A DNA stretch of 64,000 nt from Nitrospirota bacterium (GCA_049325335.1 JBMOMC010000002.1:320001-384000); one strand, 5' to 3'; counted from the first letter of the stretch, positions 32,769-43,023 are shown. Numbers and translations are program-made. The notes: generated by a model from the letters alone, not told the origin.

Positions 32769-33548
32769 GTGAGCGTGTTTCGGTTGGTTGGAGGGGTTGC
32801 CTCGTTGCTCGTCATCGCGTCGGGCATCGGATCGTCGGCGTTCGGAACATCGCCCGTGCCGTTCGGTCACGGCGAGCGCTTGGTGTACTCGATCGGGTGG
32901 TACAACGTGGTCGGGGGCACCGCGACCCTGGACGTGGACGAGGCGGAATATCAGGGTGTCCCGGTATACCGGGTGCGGTCGCTGGCCAAATCCAATGCAT
33001 TCGTGTCCGTGTTTTTCCCGGTGGAAGATCGGATCGAGAGTTTAATCGACCGCGACACGTTGAGCGCGCTGCGGTTGGACGTCAAACAACGGCAGGGCAA
33101 ACGGAAACGCGACCGGGTCACGGAATTTGATCAGGTCAACCACACCGCGACCGTGGTCAAGAACGGGCAACAGAAAGTCTTCGAGATTCCGCCCGATGTC
33201 CAGGACTCCTTGTCCTGTTTGTATTATTTCCGGAGTTTGCCGGCGATTCGCGTGGGGGAGACCGTGACGATCGACGTGCACGAGAGCAACAAGAACTGGC
33301 GCCTGGGCATTGAGGCGCAAAAGCGGGAGCGGATCAGGACAGAGGCCGGGGAGTTTATGACGATCCGGGTCAAGGCGAAGGTGGAGTTCGAAGGGGTGTT
33401 TTTAGATCGCGGCGACGTGTACGTGTGGTTTACGGACGACGAGCGGCGGCTGCCCGTGCGCATGGATAGTCAAATCAAGGTCGGACGCATTTCAGCCAAA
33501 CTGATCAAGTACCGCCCGCCGGCATCGGTCGAGGCGCGATTGCAGTGA
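32769..33548 (+). CDS. DUF3108-like exported protein
   Basis: Signal peptide, PFGHGERLVY, QDSLSCLYYFR, VWFTDDERRLPV. Confidence 0.8.
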   Translation: MSVFRLVGGVASLLVIASGIGSSAFGTSPVPFGHGERLVYSIGWYNVVGGTATLDVDEAEYQGVPVYRVRSLAKSNAFVSVFFPVEDRIESLIDRDTLSALRLDVKQRQGKRKRDRVTEFDQVNHTATVVKNGQQKVFEIPPDVQDSLSCLYYFRSLPAIRVGETVTIDVHESNKNWRLGIEAQKRERIRTEAGEFMTIRVKAKVEFEGVFLDRGDVYVWFTDDERRLPVRMDSQIKVGRISAKLIKYRPPASVEARLQ

Positions 33549-33745
33549 GCGCGCCCGCGCCGTGCCCCATCTGTCGCACGCGGACCGCCGACCCTGCGCA
33601 CGCCCCGTTTTGCGGGGCGCGGTGTCGTGATGTGGACATGGGCCAGTGGTTGTCAGGCACCTACCGTGTGCCAAGCGAAGAGCCGGCCCAGCCCGACGCG
33701 TCGGATCCGTCCGATGGGGCCGAACATGGCGGCCCCGACCATTAA
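33545..33745 (+). CDS. yacG: DNA gyrase inhibitor YacG
   Basis: CPIC...PFCGARCRDVDMGQWLSGTYRVP. Confidence 0.9.
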   Translation: MSAPAPCPICRTRTADPAHAPFCGARCRDVDMGQWLSGTYRVPSEEPAQPDASDPSDGAEHGGPDH

Positions 33746-33819
33746 GAGACCGCAGTTGCGCTTGTGTTTCCAGCCAGCCTTCGCTAGAGTAACCCAACGC
33801 GCGAACGGTGTGGACGGCT

Positions 33820-34242
33820 GTGACGGAACCCATCACGTATCGAGTAGGCGGTCCGTTCGACTTGGACCAGGTCCAGCGGTTGTTAGATCAGACGCCCTGG
33901 GCGCGCGGACGCTCAAAGGACGGGTTGTCGCGGATGCTCGCGCATTCGGATTTTGTGTTTACCGCGTGGGACGGGCCGACGGTCGTCGCGTTCGCGCGGG
34001 TGTTGACCGATCAAGTCTACCGCGCCACGTTGTGGGACGTGGTGGTGGACGCGTCGTATCAGGGGCGCGGGGTCGGCGAGGGGTTGCTCTCGTTCATGCT
34101 GGCGCATCCCGTGCTCTCGCGCGTCGAGAAATTTTGGCTCAACACGCGCGACAAGCAGAAGTTCTACGAGCGATTCGGATTCGTCTCGAGCAATCAGGGG
34201 ATGGTGTTGGAGCGGCCGCGCAACGACGAGGCCGGAGCGTGA
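33820..34242 (+). CDS. GNAT family acetyltransferase
   Basis: FARVLTD, YQGRGVG, FYERFGF. Confidence 0.9.
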   Translation: MTEPITYRVGGPFDLDQVQRLLDQTPWARGRSKDGLSRMLAHSDFVFTAWDGPTVVAFARVLTDQVYRATLWDVVVDASYQGRGVGEGLLSFMLAHPVLSRVEKFWLNTRDKQKFYERFGFVSSNQGMVLERPRNDEAGA

Positions 34243-34264
34243 CGAGGATCGGAGGCGCGCGGCG

Positions 34265-35419
34265 GTGCACGCGGTGCTGAACCACGAACGGCTTATCGAC
34301 TATTTCATGGACCTGGTCCGGATCGACAGTCTCTCGCGCCGCGAGGGAGCGATCGCCAGCCGGTTGACCGCTGATCTGGAGGCGCTGGGCGCCAAGGTCC
34401 GTATCGACGAGGCCGGGGAGCGCGTCGGGGGCGAAACCGGAAACGTCATCGCTTCGATCCCCGGGACCGCACCGGGGCCGTGGTTGTTGCTCTCCGCGCA
34501 CATGGACACCGTCGTGCCCGGCGAGGGGGTCGTCCCGATTCGACGCGGCGACCGCATCACCAGCGACGGGCGGACGATCTTGGGCGGTGACGACAAGTCG
34601 GGCCTGGCCATCATCGTGGAAGTGCTCCGTACCTTGGCCGAGCGCCGTATTCCGCACGGCGGGATCGAGATCGCGTTTACGATCTGCGAGGAAATGGGGT
34701 TGATGGGTGCCAAACATCTGGACGCGGACGCACTCACTGCGCGGCACGGGTTGGTGTTGGATTCGGAAAACGCCAATTTCCTGTTCACCAAAGGGCCGGC
34801 TGCGGACAAGATAGAGTTTACCGTGACGGGGCTTGAAGCTCACTCCGGAATCGCTCCGGAGCGGGGCATCTCCGCGATCAAGGTCATGAGCGAGGCGATC
34901 GCGGCCATGCGGTTGGGCCGCATCGATGACGAAACCACCGCGAACCTTGGCGTGATGCGCGCTGGTTCCCTGACCAATATTATTCCGCGGGACGCTACGG
35001 TAGCGGGCGAAGCGCGCAGCCTCGACGAGGCGAAGTTGGACGCGCAGACCGCGCACATGCGACGCTGTATGTACGAGGCGGCCGAACGCCATTCTGTGAA
35101 CGTGGACGGGGTGACGCATCACGCGCGGGTGGCGGAACGCATCGAACGGGATTTCCCGCGCCTCGACGTGCCGGACGATGCGCCGATCGTGCGCGCGGTG
35201 CTGGCCGCGGCCGGGGCGGTGGGGTGGTCGGTGAGCACGCGTTCGACTGGCGGCGGGTGCGACGCGAACGTGTTCAATCACAAGGGCCTACGCGTGGCCA
35301 ATTTAGGGACGGGCATGCGCGCCATTCACACGGTGAACGAGTACTTGTTGCTCGATGAGTTCACGCGGGCGGGCGAGGTGGTGCTGGAGACCGTCCGGCG
35401 GCACGCCGGGTCGAGGTGA
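34265..35419 (+). CDS. M20 family metallopeptidase (peptidase T-like)
   Basis: SAHMDTV, GGDDKSG, CEE, GGGCDAN, IHTVNE. Confidence 0.9.
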   Translation: MHAVLNHERLIDYFMDLVRIDSLSRREGAIASRLTADLEALGAKVRIDEAGERVGGETGNVIASIPGTAPGPWLLLSAHMDTVVPGEGVVPIRRGDRITSDGRTILGGDDKSGLAIIVEVLRTLAERRIPHGGIEIAFTICEEMGLMGAKHLDADALTARHGLVLDSENANFLFTKGPAADKIEFTVTGLEAHSGIAPERGISAIKVMSEAIAAMRLGRIDDETTANLGVMRAGSLTNIIPRDATVAGEARSLDEAKLDAQTAHMRRCMYEAAERHSVNVDGVTHHARVAERIERDFPRLDVPDDAPIVRAVLAAAGAVGWSVSTRSTGGGCDANVFNHKGLRVANLGTGMRAIHTVNEYLLLDEFTRAGEVVLETVRRHAGSR

Positions 35420-35451
35420 CCACGGAGTAGGACGCGCAAGGAGGGACGGCG

Positions 35452-36162
35452 ATTCGACTCAAGGACAAAGTGGCGTTGGTGACGGGCGGGGGGCGCGGCA
35501 TCGGTCGGCAGATCGCGTTGGCGTTCGCGGCCGAAGGCGCGCACGTGGCGGTGGCCGCGCGGACGGAGCGAGAAATTAAGCCGGTGGCCGAGCGGATCGC
35601 CGCGTTGGGACGGCGCGCGTTGGCGGTGCCGACCAACGTGACGGATGAAACGCGGGTGGCGGAGTTGGTGGCGGAGACGGAACGCGCGTTCGGACGGATC
35701 GATATTTTGGTGAACAGCGCGGCGGTCGCCATCATCGAACCGCTGGCCAATACCACGGCGGATCAGTGGCGCCGAACCCTGGACGTGAACGCGACCGCCG
35801 CGTTTTTGACGATCCGGGCCGCGATGCCCGGCATGTTGAAGCGCAATGACGGCCGGATCATCAACATCGCGTCCACCGCCGGCCTTGAGGGGTTCGCGAA
35901 CTTTTCCGCGTTTTGCGCGTCCAAGTTCGCGTTGATCGGCCTGACCCGTTCGTTGGCCAAGGAGTTGGAGGGCACCGCGGTGACCGCCAACGCATTGTGC
36001 CCGGCGCTGGTGGGCACTAAACGCGCGGCGCCGACAGGACCCAAAACTCGCGCGAGCGCGCCGGAACCGTTTTCCGAGATCGCGGACGTCGCGGTGTTTT
36101 TGGCCGGGGATCGGGGGAGGGCGGTCTCTGGCGCGGCCATCGAAATCTCCTGGCGCACATAG
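35452..36162 (+). CDS. Atypical SDR oxidoreductase (probable ATT start, catalytic Tyr replaced by Phe)
   Basis: SD AAGGAGGG followed by ATT-CGA-CTC-AAG (xRLKDKVALVTGGGRGIG). FCASK in place of YxxxK. Confidence 0.8.
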   Translation: MRLKDKVALVTGGGRGIGRQIALAFAAEGAHVAVAARTEREIKPVAERIAALGRRALAVPTNVTDETRVAELVAETERAFGRIDILVNSAAVAIIEPLANTTADQWRRTLDVNATAAFLTIRAAMPGMLKRNDGRIINIASTAGLEGFANFSAFCASKFALIGLTRSLAKELEGTAVTANALCPALVGTKRAAPTGPKTRASAPEPFSEIADVAVFLAGDRGRAVSGAAIEISWRT

Positions 36163-36287
36163 GCGCCCGTTGATCAGGGGCCATCTGCGGCGTTGTCGCT
36201 TCGGAATCCCTCCTCACGTACGACCCAGTACGCTGTGGGGGGATTCCTCGCTCCGCCTTGCATCTGGCCCGCTGCTGAACGGGCGCC
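36162..36287 (+). repeat. Structured MITE-like repeat, copy B
   Basis: GGCGCCCGTT...AACGGGCGCC termini. Identical 23-nt core at 36213-36235. Confidence 0.8.
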
Positions 36288-36321
36288 GATTCCGCGGAGG
36301 ATCAACAGAAAAAATCATGAG

Positions 36322-36981
36322 ATGATCAAGGCAAAGTCGTTGACGATCGACCTACTGTTGTTCGATTTGGATGGCACGCTGGCGGATACCAAGGAGGATT
36401 TGGCGACCGCGGTGAACCTCACGTTACGCGACTACGGCGTGCCCGAGCACCCGCGGGAACGGATCTACGAGTTTGTGGGCGACGGGGTGCGGCCGCTGCT
36501 GGCGCGCGCGTTTGAGAGCCGCGGGGCGCAGGTGTTCGACGAGGCGCTGGGCGTGTTCCGGCGGCACTACTTAGAGCATTTGCTCGACGCGACGCGGTTG
36601 TATCCCGGCGTCGAAGCGGTATTGACCCATTTTGCCGGAAAGAAAAAGGGCGTGGTGACCAATAAGCCCATCGAATACACGATCAAATTGATCGAAGGTC
36701 TCGGCGCGCGCGCGCGCTTCGACGTGATCGTGGGCGGGAACAGCACGCCGCACCTCAAACCCCATCCGGCCATGATCGAGCGGGCGTTGGGCACGGTGGG
36801 GATCAAACCCGAGCGGGCCGTGATGATTGGCGACAACGTCAACGATATTCACGCGGCTCGCGCGGCGGGTGTGCACTCCGTGGCGGTCGGCTACGGCCTG
36901 GGCAATCCTGCCGTGCTCAAAGCCGCGGGACCTGATTTTTTTTGCGAGCGTCTTGAAGAGGTGATCGACCTTTTTTCGTGA
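36322..36981 (+). CDS. HAD hydrolase, phosphoglycolate phosphatase-like
   Basis: FDLDGTL, VTNK, KPHP, IGDNVND. Confidence 0.88.
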   Translation: MIKAKSLTIDLLLFDLDGTLADTKEDLATAVNLTLRDYGVPEHPRERIYEFVGDGVRPLLARAFESRGAQVFDEALGVFRRHYLEHLLDATRLYPGVEAVLTHFAGKKKGVVTNKPIEYTIKLIEGLGARARFDVIVGGNSTPHLKPHPAMIERALGTVGIKPERAVMIGDNVNDIHAARAAGVHSVAVGYGLGNPAVLKAAGPDFFCERLEEVIDLFS

Positions 36982-37670
36982 GGCGTGGCATGCGTCCTCG
37001 AACCATGATGATCGTCCTGGGAGTGTTGTTCGCCTGCGCGGGTTGTGCCACGCCCCGGCAGTCCGCCGACGAGGTCAATTCCGGGTTGCTGTGGTTCGTC
37101 CCGTTGGACGATGCGGCGGGGTGGGCGCTTGCGGACCCGGGGGCCATGCGGTTGGAGCGATCCCCCACGGTCGTGCTCGCCTGGGGCCCATCCGCGTCGG
37201 ACGGCCCACGCGTGCCGACATTGATCCGCTCCGATCGGGAACAGTGGATTGCCGCCATTAAATCCAAGCTGGAGGGCAGCGGGTGGGTCACGCGCGTGGA
37301 GGGTAGCGCCCCGGAAACGTTTGAAGGCGGGGTCACCGTGAACGGGTTGCGGACGCTAGCCAGCGCTCGGGACGCGGATTTGATCGTGCTGTTCGGGCGC
37401 GACGTGTCGGAGCGGCGGTACCACGTGTCGTGGCCGACCCGGCCCGTGTACGTGGTGGACGTCATCGAAATCCGGACCACGGCGCGGGCGGTGGGAGTGA
37501 CGTCCGCGGGGCGTCCGGTGTTCGCCGAAGCCCAGACCGGTTTCGAGGAGGGGCGGACGTTGTTTGAGTCGGAGGTGCGTGAAGCCTCGAGCCGGTCGGC
37601 CGTGAACGCATTGGCCGACGCCATTGTGCGGCGGCTCAAGCAGATCGCGCCTCAACAAGGCGCGCCGTGA
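36978..37670 (+). CDS. Hypothetical lipoprotein
   Basis: Lipobox-like LFACAG-C. Overlaps both neighbouring genes (GTGA). Confidence 0.65.
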   Translation: MRRGMRPRTMMIVLGVLFACAGCATPRQSADEVNSGLLWFVPLDDAAGWALADPGAMRLERSPTVVLAWGPSASDGPRVPTLIRSDREQWIAAIKSKLEGSGWVTRVEGSAPETFEGGVTVNGLRTLASARDADLIVLFGRDVSERRYHVSWPTRPVYVVDVIEIRTTARAVGVTSAGRPVFAEAQTGFEEGRTLFESEVREASSRSAVNALADAIVRRLKQIAPQQGAP

Positions 37671-39175
37671 GCCGGTTGGTTCGAGGCGCCGCGCTGGCTG
37701 CGTGGTTGGTGAGCGTGCCGCTCGCGGCGGACGCGGCCTCACTGCTGGAGGGCCGCGTCGTGGAACGCACGCTGGCGAACGGCTTGCGCGTGTTGATCGT
37801 GAAGCGCGCCGCGGTGCCCACCGTGTCCTACAACCTCACCGTGCGGGTGGGATCGGTGGACGAGCCGGGCGGGAAGAGCGGTCTGGCGCATCTCTTCGAG
37901 CACATGGCGTTTAAGGGCACGGAGACGATCGGGACCGCGGATTTTTCCCGCGAACAGCCGTTGTTGGAGGAGGTGGATCGGCTCGAAGCCGACCTGCGAC
38001 GCGCGGTGAACGCGCCCAGTGTGCACGACGAGGAACGGACCGCGGACCTGCGTCGGCGGTTCGACGAGGCGCAGGCGCGAGCCCGATCGTTGGTGGCGCC
38101 GAACGAATACGGCGCGCTGTATGATCGGCACGGCGCGGTCGGGTTCAACGCGACCACGGGTGCGGACCTGACGCGGTACACGGTCAGCTTGCCGGCCAAT
38201 CGGTTGCCGCTGTGGACGGCGTTGGAGGCCGATCGGTTCAGTCGGCCGGTGTTCCGCGAGTTTTACACCGAGCGGGACGTGGTGCTGGAGGAGCGGCGGA
38301 TGCGGGTGGAGAACAACCCGGGAGGCAAACTCTACGAAGCCTTGTTATCCACGGCGTTCTCCACGCATCCGTATCGCGTGCCCACGATCGGGTGGGGTTC
38401 GGAAGTCGCGGCGTTGGCCGCGCCGGACGCCAAGGCGTTTTTCCGCGGCCACTACGGCCCGGGAAACTCGGTGATCGCCATCGTGGGCGACGTGGACGTC
38501 GACGACGCGTTACGGCGAGTGGCGGACGCGTTCGGCTCGATTCCCGCGCGACCGTCGCCCGAGCCTCTTGCCACGCGCGAGCCGTCCCAAGAGGGGGAAC
38601 GGCGGGTCGAAGTCGAATACGACGCGCAACCGCAATTGCTCATTGCGTACCACCGGCCCGGAATCGAGGACCCCGACGATCCGGTGTTCGACGTGATCGA
38701 GTCCCTACTCTCGTCCGGGAGACGATCGCGCTTGTACGCCGAGTTAGTGAGCGCGCGTCAGGTGGCGGTGGCGGCTTCCGCCAACGCGAGCGCGCCCGGC
38801 ATCCGCTACCCGACGTTGTTCGTGGTGGATGCGGTTCCGCGAGCCCCACACACGCTGGACGACGTCGAGTCCGCGTTGTTGGAGCAGATCGAGCGCCTAC
38901 GACGCGAGCCGGTGTCCGAGCGCGAACTGACGCGGGTGGTGAACCGGCTCGACGCGGACCTGGTTCGCTCGCTGCAGTCCAACGCGGGACTGGCCTCCCA
39001 ATTGGCGTATTTTCAATCCGTCATCGGCGACTGGCGGTACGTACTCACGATTCGAGATCGGGTGGCCGCGGTCACGCCCAAGGATATTCAACGCGTGGCT
39101 GCGAAGTGGTTCGTCAAATCCAATCGGACCGTGGCGCGGTTGGTCAAGCCCTCCCCCCCGGGGGAGACGCCGTGA
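37667..39175 (+). CDS. M16 zinc peptidase, catalytic subunit
   Basis: Signal peptide, AHLFEHMAFKGT (HXXEH), FNATT, VLEERRMR. Confidence 0.92.
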   Translation: MSRLVRGAALAAWLVSVPLAADAASLLEGRVVERTLANGLRVLIVKRAAVPTVSYNLTVRVGSVDEPGGKSGLAHLFEHMAFKGTETIGTADFSREQPLLEEVDRLEADLRRAVNAPSVHDEERTADLRRRFDEAQARARSLVAPNEYGALYDRHGAVGFNATTGADLTRYTVSLPANRLPLWTALEADRFSRPVFREFYTERDVVLEERRMRVENNPGGKLYEALLSTAFSTHPYRVPTIGWGSEVAALAAPDAKAFFRGHYGPGNSVIAIVGDVDVDDALRRVADAFGSIPARPSPEPLATREPSQEGERRVEVEYDAQPQLLIAYHRPGIEDPDDPVFDVIESLLSSGRRSRLYAELVSARQVAVAASANASAPGIRYPTLFVVDAVPRAPHTLDDVESALLEQIERLRREPVSERELTRVVNRLDADLVRSLQSNAGLASQLAYFQSVIGDWRYVLTIRDRVAAVTPKDIQRVAAKWFVKSNRTVARLVKPSPPGETP

Positions 39176-40644
39176 CGCGCTACTCGCTCGCGGGGCTCAT
39201 GATCGCGCTGATTGCGTCGGCTGCGTTGGCCGCGACCGGCCCGTCCGCGTCCACGCCGGTTGATCCGCGCGCGATGGCGTTTCCGACCGAGCCGTTTACG
39301 CCGCCCAAGGCCGAACGGATCAGGCTTTCCAACGGGATGATCGTCTATCTGCTGGAAGATCACGAACTCCCCTTGGTCAGCCTGAGCGCGATGATTCGAA
39401 CCGGGAGCATGTACGACCCGGCGGACAAGGTGGGGCTTGCGGAATTGGCCGGGACCGTGATCCGCACCGGGGGCTCCGCGTTGCGTTCCGGCGACGAGTT
39501 GGACGATGCGCTCGAGTTCGTGGGCGCGGAAATGAGCTCGTGGGCCGGCCTGGATTCCGCGGGCGCGTCGTTAAACGTATTGACCAAGGATTTGCCGAGC
39601 GGTCTGGAGATGTTCGCCGAGATGTTGATGCGCCCGGCGTTCGCCCCAGAGAAAGTGGACCTCGCGAAAAACCAGATGATCGAGGCCGTGCGTCGGCGCA
39701 ACGATCATCCCGGCTCGATTGCGGCGCGGGAATTCAGAAAACTGTTGTACGGAGCGGACCACCCGTACGGCCGCGAGAGCACCGAGGCCACGATCCGCGC
39801 CGTGACGCGCGAGGACCTCACGGCGTTTCACCGGCGGTACTACCATCCCAACAACATCATGTTGGCCGTGACCGGCGATATTCGCCGCGACGACCTCCTG
39901 GCGTTGCTGCGGCGCGGGTTCCAGGCGTGGCCTCGGGCCGCGGTGACATGGCCGTCGGTGCCGCCCGTGGGCGAACCGCGAAACGCGCCGGTCAATTTCA
40001 TCAGCCGAGACGTTACTCAAACGCAGGTGCGGATGGGATGGCTGTCGATCAAACAGTCCGATCCGGATTTTTTCGCCCTCTCGTTGCTGGACGACATCGT
40101 GGGTGGGCAGGCGTTCACCAGCCGGCTGTTTCAGGAGGTGCGCACCAAGGCCGGGTTGGCCTATTCCGTCGGTAGCGCGCTTAACGCGGGACGGTTCGAT
40201 CGCGGCTCGTTTGTGTTGTTCGCGCAAACCAAGGCCGAGTCCACCACGCGCGCCATCGAGGCGATCCGCGCGGAGATCAACCGCGTGGCGAGTGAACCGG
40301 TGTCGGAACGGGAGTTGGCCGACGCCAAACAGGCGTTCGTCAATTCGTTCGTGTTTTCGTTTTCCAGCCCGGCACAAATTACCAACCGACAGATGTCGCT
40401 CGAGTACTACGGGTTGCCGGCCGATTTTTTGGATCGATTCCGCGCCAACGTCGAGAACGTGACCGCGCGGGATCTCCTGCGGGTGGCGAAACGTCACCTG
40501 GATCCTGGACGGCTCGTGGTGCTCGCGGTGGGGGATGATCAGCGGTTTGACAAACCCCTTGCCACGGTCGGGCGCGTTCGAACCTTGACTGTCAGCGAAC
40601 CGGGCGGACCGTCCCCGTCGCCCGGCGCGACGGACGCTCAGTAA
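39172..40644 (+). CDS. M16 peptidase, non-catalytic partner subunit
   Basis: Signal peptide, LLEDHELP, SRLFQEVRTKAGLAY, no HXXEH. GTG start overlaps the upstream stop. Confidence 0.9.
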   Translation: MTRYSLAGLMIALIASAALAATGPSASTPVDPRAMAFPTEPFTPPKAERIRLSNGMIVYLLEDHELPLVSLSAMIRTGSMYDPADKVGLAELAGTVIRTGGSALRSGDELDDALEFVGAEMSSWAGLDSAGASLNVLTKDLPSGLEMFAEMLMRPAFAPEKVDLAKNQMIEAVRRRNDHPGSIAAREFRKLLYGADHPYGRESTEATIRAVTREDLTAFHRRYYHPNNIMLAVTGDIRRDDLLALLRRGFQAWPRAAVTWPSVPPVGEPRNAPVNFISRDVTQTQVRMGWLSIKQSDPDFFALSLLDDIVGGQAFTSRLFQEVRTKAGLAYSVGSALNAGRFDRGSFVLFAQTKAESTTRAIEAIRAEINRVASEPVSERELADAKQAFVNSFVFSFSSPAQITNRQMSLEYYGLPADFLDRFRANVENVTARDLLRVAKRHLDPGRLVVLAVGDDQRFDKPLATVGRVRTLTVSEPGGPSPSPGATDAQ

Positions 40645-41720
40645 CGTTTTTGGATCAGCAACGCGGCCGCGACCGCGACGAACAATCCGTTGGCCAGCCA
40701 GGCGGCCAACGCGGGGTGGAGCGCGCCACCTCGTCCCAGCGAGATCGAGAGCGAATACACCATCCAGTACGCCAACGCGACCAGCAACCCGATGCCCACC
40801 GCCATACCCCACCCTCCGCGTCGCGAGTCCATGAGTCCGAAGGGAATCCCGATGATGGACATGACGATCGTGATGAAGGGCACGGAAAATCTGGACGCGG
40901 CGTCCACCGCGTACCGCCCAGGTTTGATACCCGAGGCATCCAAGTCCTCCACGTACGCCCGTAACTGGGGGTAACTGAGGAACTCTTCCTTGACCTCGAT
41001 CTGCCCGAAGTCGTCGGGCATCTTGGCCAGATCGAGCGGGCGTTCGGCGAATCGCTCCACGCGCACGGAACCGTCGTCGAGAAATCGACGCTCGATCCCG
41101 TCGAACGCGGTCCACGCGCCGCGATCGAACGTGACGCGAGCGGCGTTGATCTCGCGATCGAGGGTGAATCCCGTCCCCACCTCATACAGCCGGACGCCAT
41201 ACAGGGAATTGGACGCGGGGTCGGTCATCCGGACGTTCAGGAAGGTTCGGCGCTCCAGTCGGACCCAGACGCGGTTGCGTTGAAGAGCGGACGGGCTCGG
41301 ACGGCCATCGATCCGGACGTTTTTGACGTGTTGCGCGCTTGCGAACGCGGCGGGGATCAGCGACCAGTTGGCTGCGAACGCAGCCCCGGCCAAGACCGCT
41401 GAGGCGAGCACGATGGGGGTCACGATGCGTGAGAGCCCGACGCCGCATGCGCGCAGGGCGGTGACCTCGTGTTGGCGAGACAGGAGGCTCACGGTCAACA
41501 CGCCGGCGATCAGTCCGGCCAGCGGCAACACTTCGTACGCGGCGCGCGGCATTTTGAGCGCCAGATACGCGGCCAACGCGGTCAGCTCCGGTTGGTGGTC
41601 GGCGGCCTTTCCCGCCTTACTGAAGATTTCCGTGATCGAATAAATCAACACCAGCGCGGCGAGCGCGAGGCCCGCGACGCGGAGGTATTGCCGGGCGATA
41701 TATCGAAAGAGGATCGGCAT
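40638..41720 (-). CDS. lptG: LPS export ABC permease LptG
   Basis: ILFRYIAR, LSRQHEVTALRACGV, six-TM layout, AAWLAN. Confidence 0.85.
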   Translation of the reverse strand: MPILFRYIARQYLRVAGLALAALVLIYSITEIFSKAGKAADHQPELTALAAYLALKMPRAAYEVLPLAGLIAGVLTVSLLSRQHEVTALRACGVGLSRIVTPIVLASAVLAGAAFAANWSLIPAAFASAQHVKNVRIDGRPSPSALQRNRVWVRLERRTFLNVRMTDPASNSLYGVRLYEVGTGFTLDREINAARVTFDRGAWTAFDGIERRFLDDGSVRVERFAERPLDLAKMPDDFGQIEVKEEFLSYPQLRAYVEDLDASGIKPGRYAVDAASRFSVPFITIVMSIIGIPFGLMDSRRGGWGMAVGIGLLVALAYWMVYSLSISLGRGGALHPALAAWLANGLFVAVAAALLIQKRY

Positions 41721-41742
41721 GGTCGGCGGCGGTCCGCTCACG

Positions 41743-42849
41743 TCACCCGGCGGCTCGATCCAACCGCCAGAGGAGGATCACCACGCCGGCGGCCAACACC
41801 GCGTTCGGCAGCGCCGCCGCCGCGAGGGGCGGGAGCCACCCGCGGGCGGCCGCGTCCGCCGCGATCATCAACACATAATACGCCCCGATCGCGAGCACGC
41901 CGAACGCAAACCCGCTGAGGCGCCCGGTCCGGCCGGTCGAAAGTCCGAGGGGCACGCCGAGCACGCCCAACCAGAACGTGGCGAGGGGGAACGCCAGGTC
42001 TTTGTATGTTGTAAACAGCGCGTGGGTGGTCTCGGCGGACACCGACCCGGTGTCACGGCGTTCGGCCCGGGCGCGCGCGCGCAACGCGGGTAGGGACTCC
42101 TGATCGGGCTCGACCCGCGCGCCTGATTGCAGGCGCGACGGGTCCAGTTTGACCTCGTAACTCTGAAACTTGGCGAGTTGATACCGGTCGGGGTCGTGAC
42201 CGCCCGGTGCGCGGTGCAGGCTGCCCTGGTGCAGGCGCAGGCTGAACGCGGACTCGCCGTCGTTGAGGAATGCGCCGTGATCCGCCAAAATCAGCCATTC
42301 CGAACCCTTTACGCGTTCGTCCACGATCAGCACGCCTTCCATCCGATTCGGTTCCGGCACCCGCTCGACGTACAGGGTCATCCCGGCGAGGCCGTCGTTG
42401 AACGCGCCTTCCGTGACCGCGAGCGTTGCCTGTTGCTTGAGCAGATCGCCGGTTAACCCGCGAAAGGACCGCCCGCTCCAGGGTTCACCCACCAACGCGA
42501 TGGCGTAGACGGCCGCGCAGAGGACGGCGGAAAAGACCGCGGCCGGCCAGACCAGGCGGCGGGTCGGACAGCCGGTGGCGCGCAAGGCCAGGATTTCACG
42601 GTCCGCGGCCAAGCGATTAAACGCGCCGATCGTGGCCATCATGGCGGCGATCGGCACGGTGACCACGAAAAACGCGGGCAACAGGGCGGCGAAGATGCGG
42701 AGCAGGGTCCCCGAATCCACGCCGCGGTTCACCAACAGGTCCACCAGCCGCAACGCCTGTTGCGTGACCAGTAAAAAAGCGAGCGCCGCCACGCTTAGCG
42801 CGAAGGGGAACAGCAATTCCTTGACCAAGTACCGGGAAAGAATCGTCAC
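41743..42849 (-). CDS. lptF: LPS export ABC permease LptF
   Basis: ILSRYLVKE, RLAADREILALRATG. Paired with lptG. Confidence 0.85.
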   Translation of the reverse strand: MTILSRYLVKELLFPFALSVAALAFLLVTQQALRLVDLLVNRGVDSGTLLRIFAALLPAFFVVTVPIAAMMATIGAFNRLAADREILALRATGCPTRRLVWPAAVFSAVLCAAVYAIALVGEPWSGRSFRGLTGDLLKQQATLAVTEGAFNDGLAGMTLYVERVPEPNRMEGVLIVDERVKGSEWLILADHGAFLNDGESAFSLRLHQGSLHRAPGGHDPDRYQLAKFQSYEVKLDPSRLQSGARVEPDQESLPALRARARAERRDTGSVSAETTHALFTTYKDLAFPLATFWLGVLGVPLGLSTGRTGRLSGFAFGVLAIGAYYVLMIAADAAARGWLPPLAAAALPNAVLAAGVVILLWRLDRAAG

Positions 42850-43023
42850 GCACGCTCTCGATGGCCGGCTCACTATATCGAAAGGCCGCCGACCGCGCAA
42901 TCCACCGGGCCGACCGACGTGGCCCAACGGGCCGCCGCGGCCGGAAGTCTTGACACGAACTCACCCTCTGTTACAGTTTGGTCCAGGTACCGTCGCCGTG
43001 AGCGGCCATCTCCCGGAGGATCC

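Noticed and set aside
36193..36321. N-terminal extension of the HAD gene, and small ORFs at 9742-9978 and 58132-58398
   Set aside because: These frames simply run through copies of the structured repeat.
38212..40644. Apparent 810-aa M16 fusion and 786-aa OppA fusion (49967-52327) in the ORF track
   Set aside because: The N-terminal parts overlap the upstream genes out of frame. The real starts, with signal peptides, are at 39172 and 50771.
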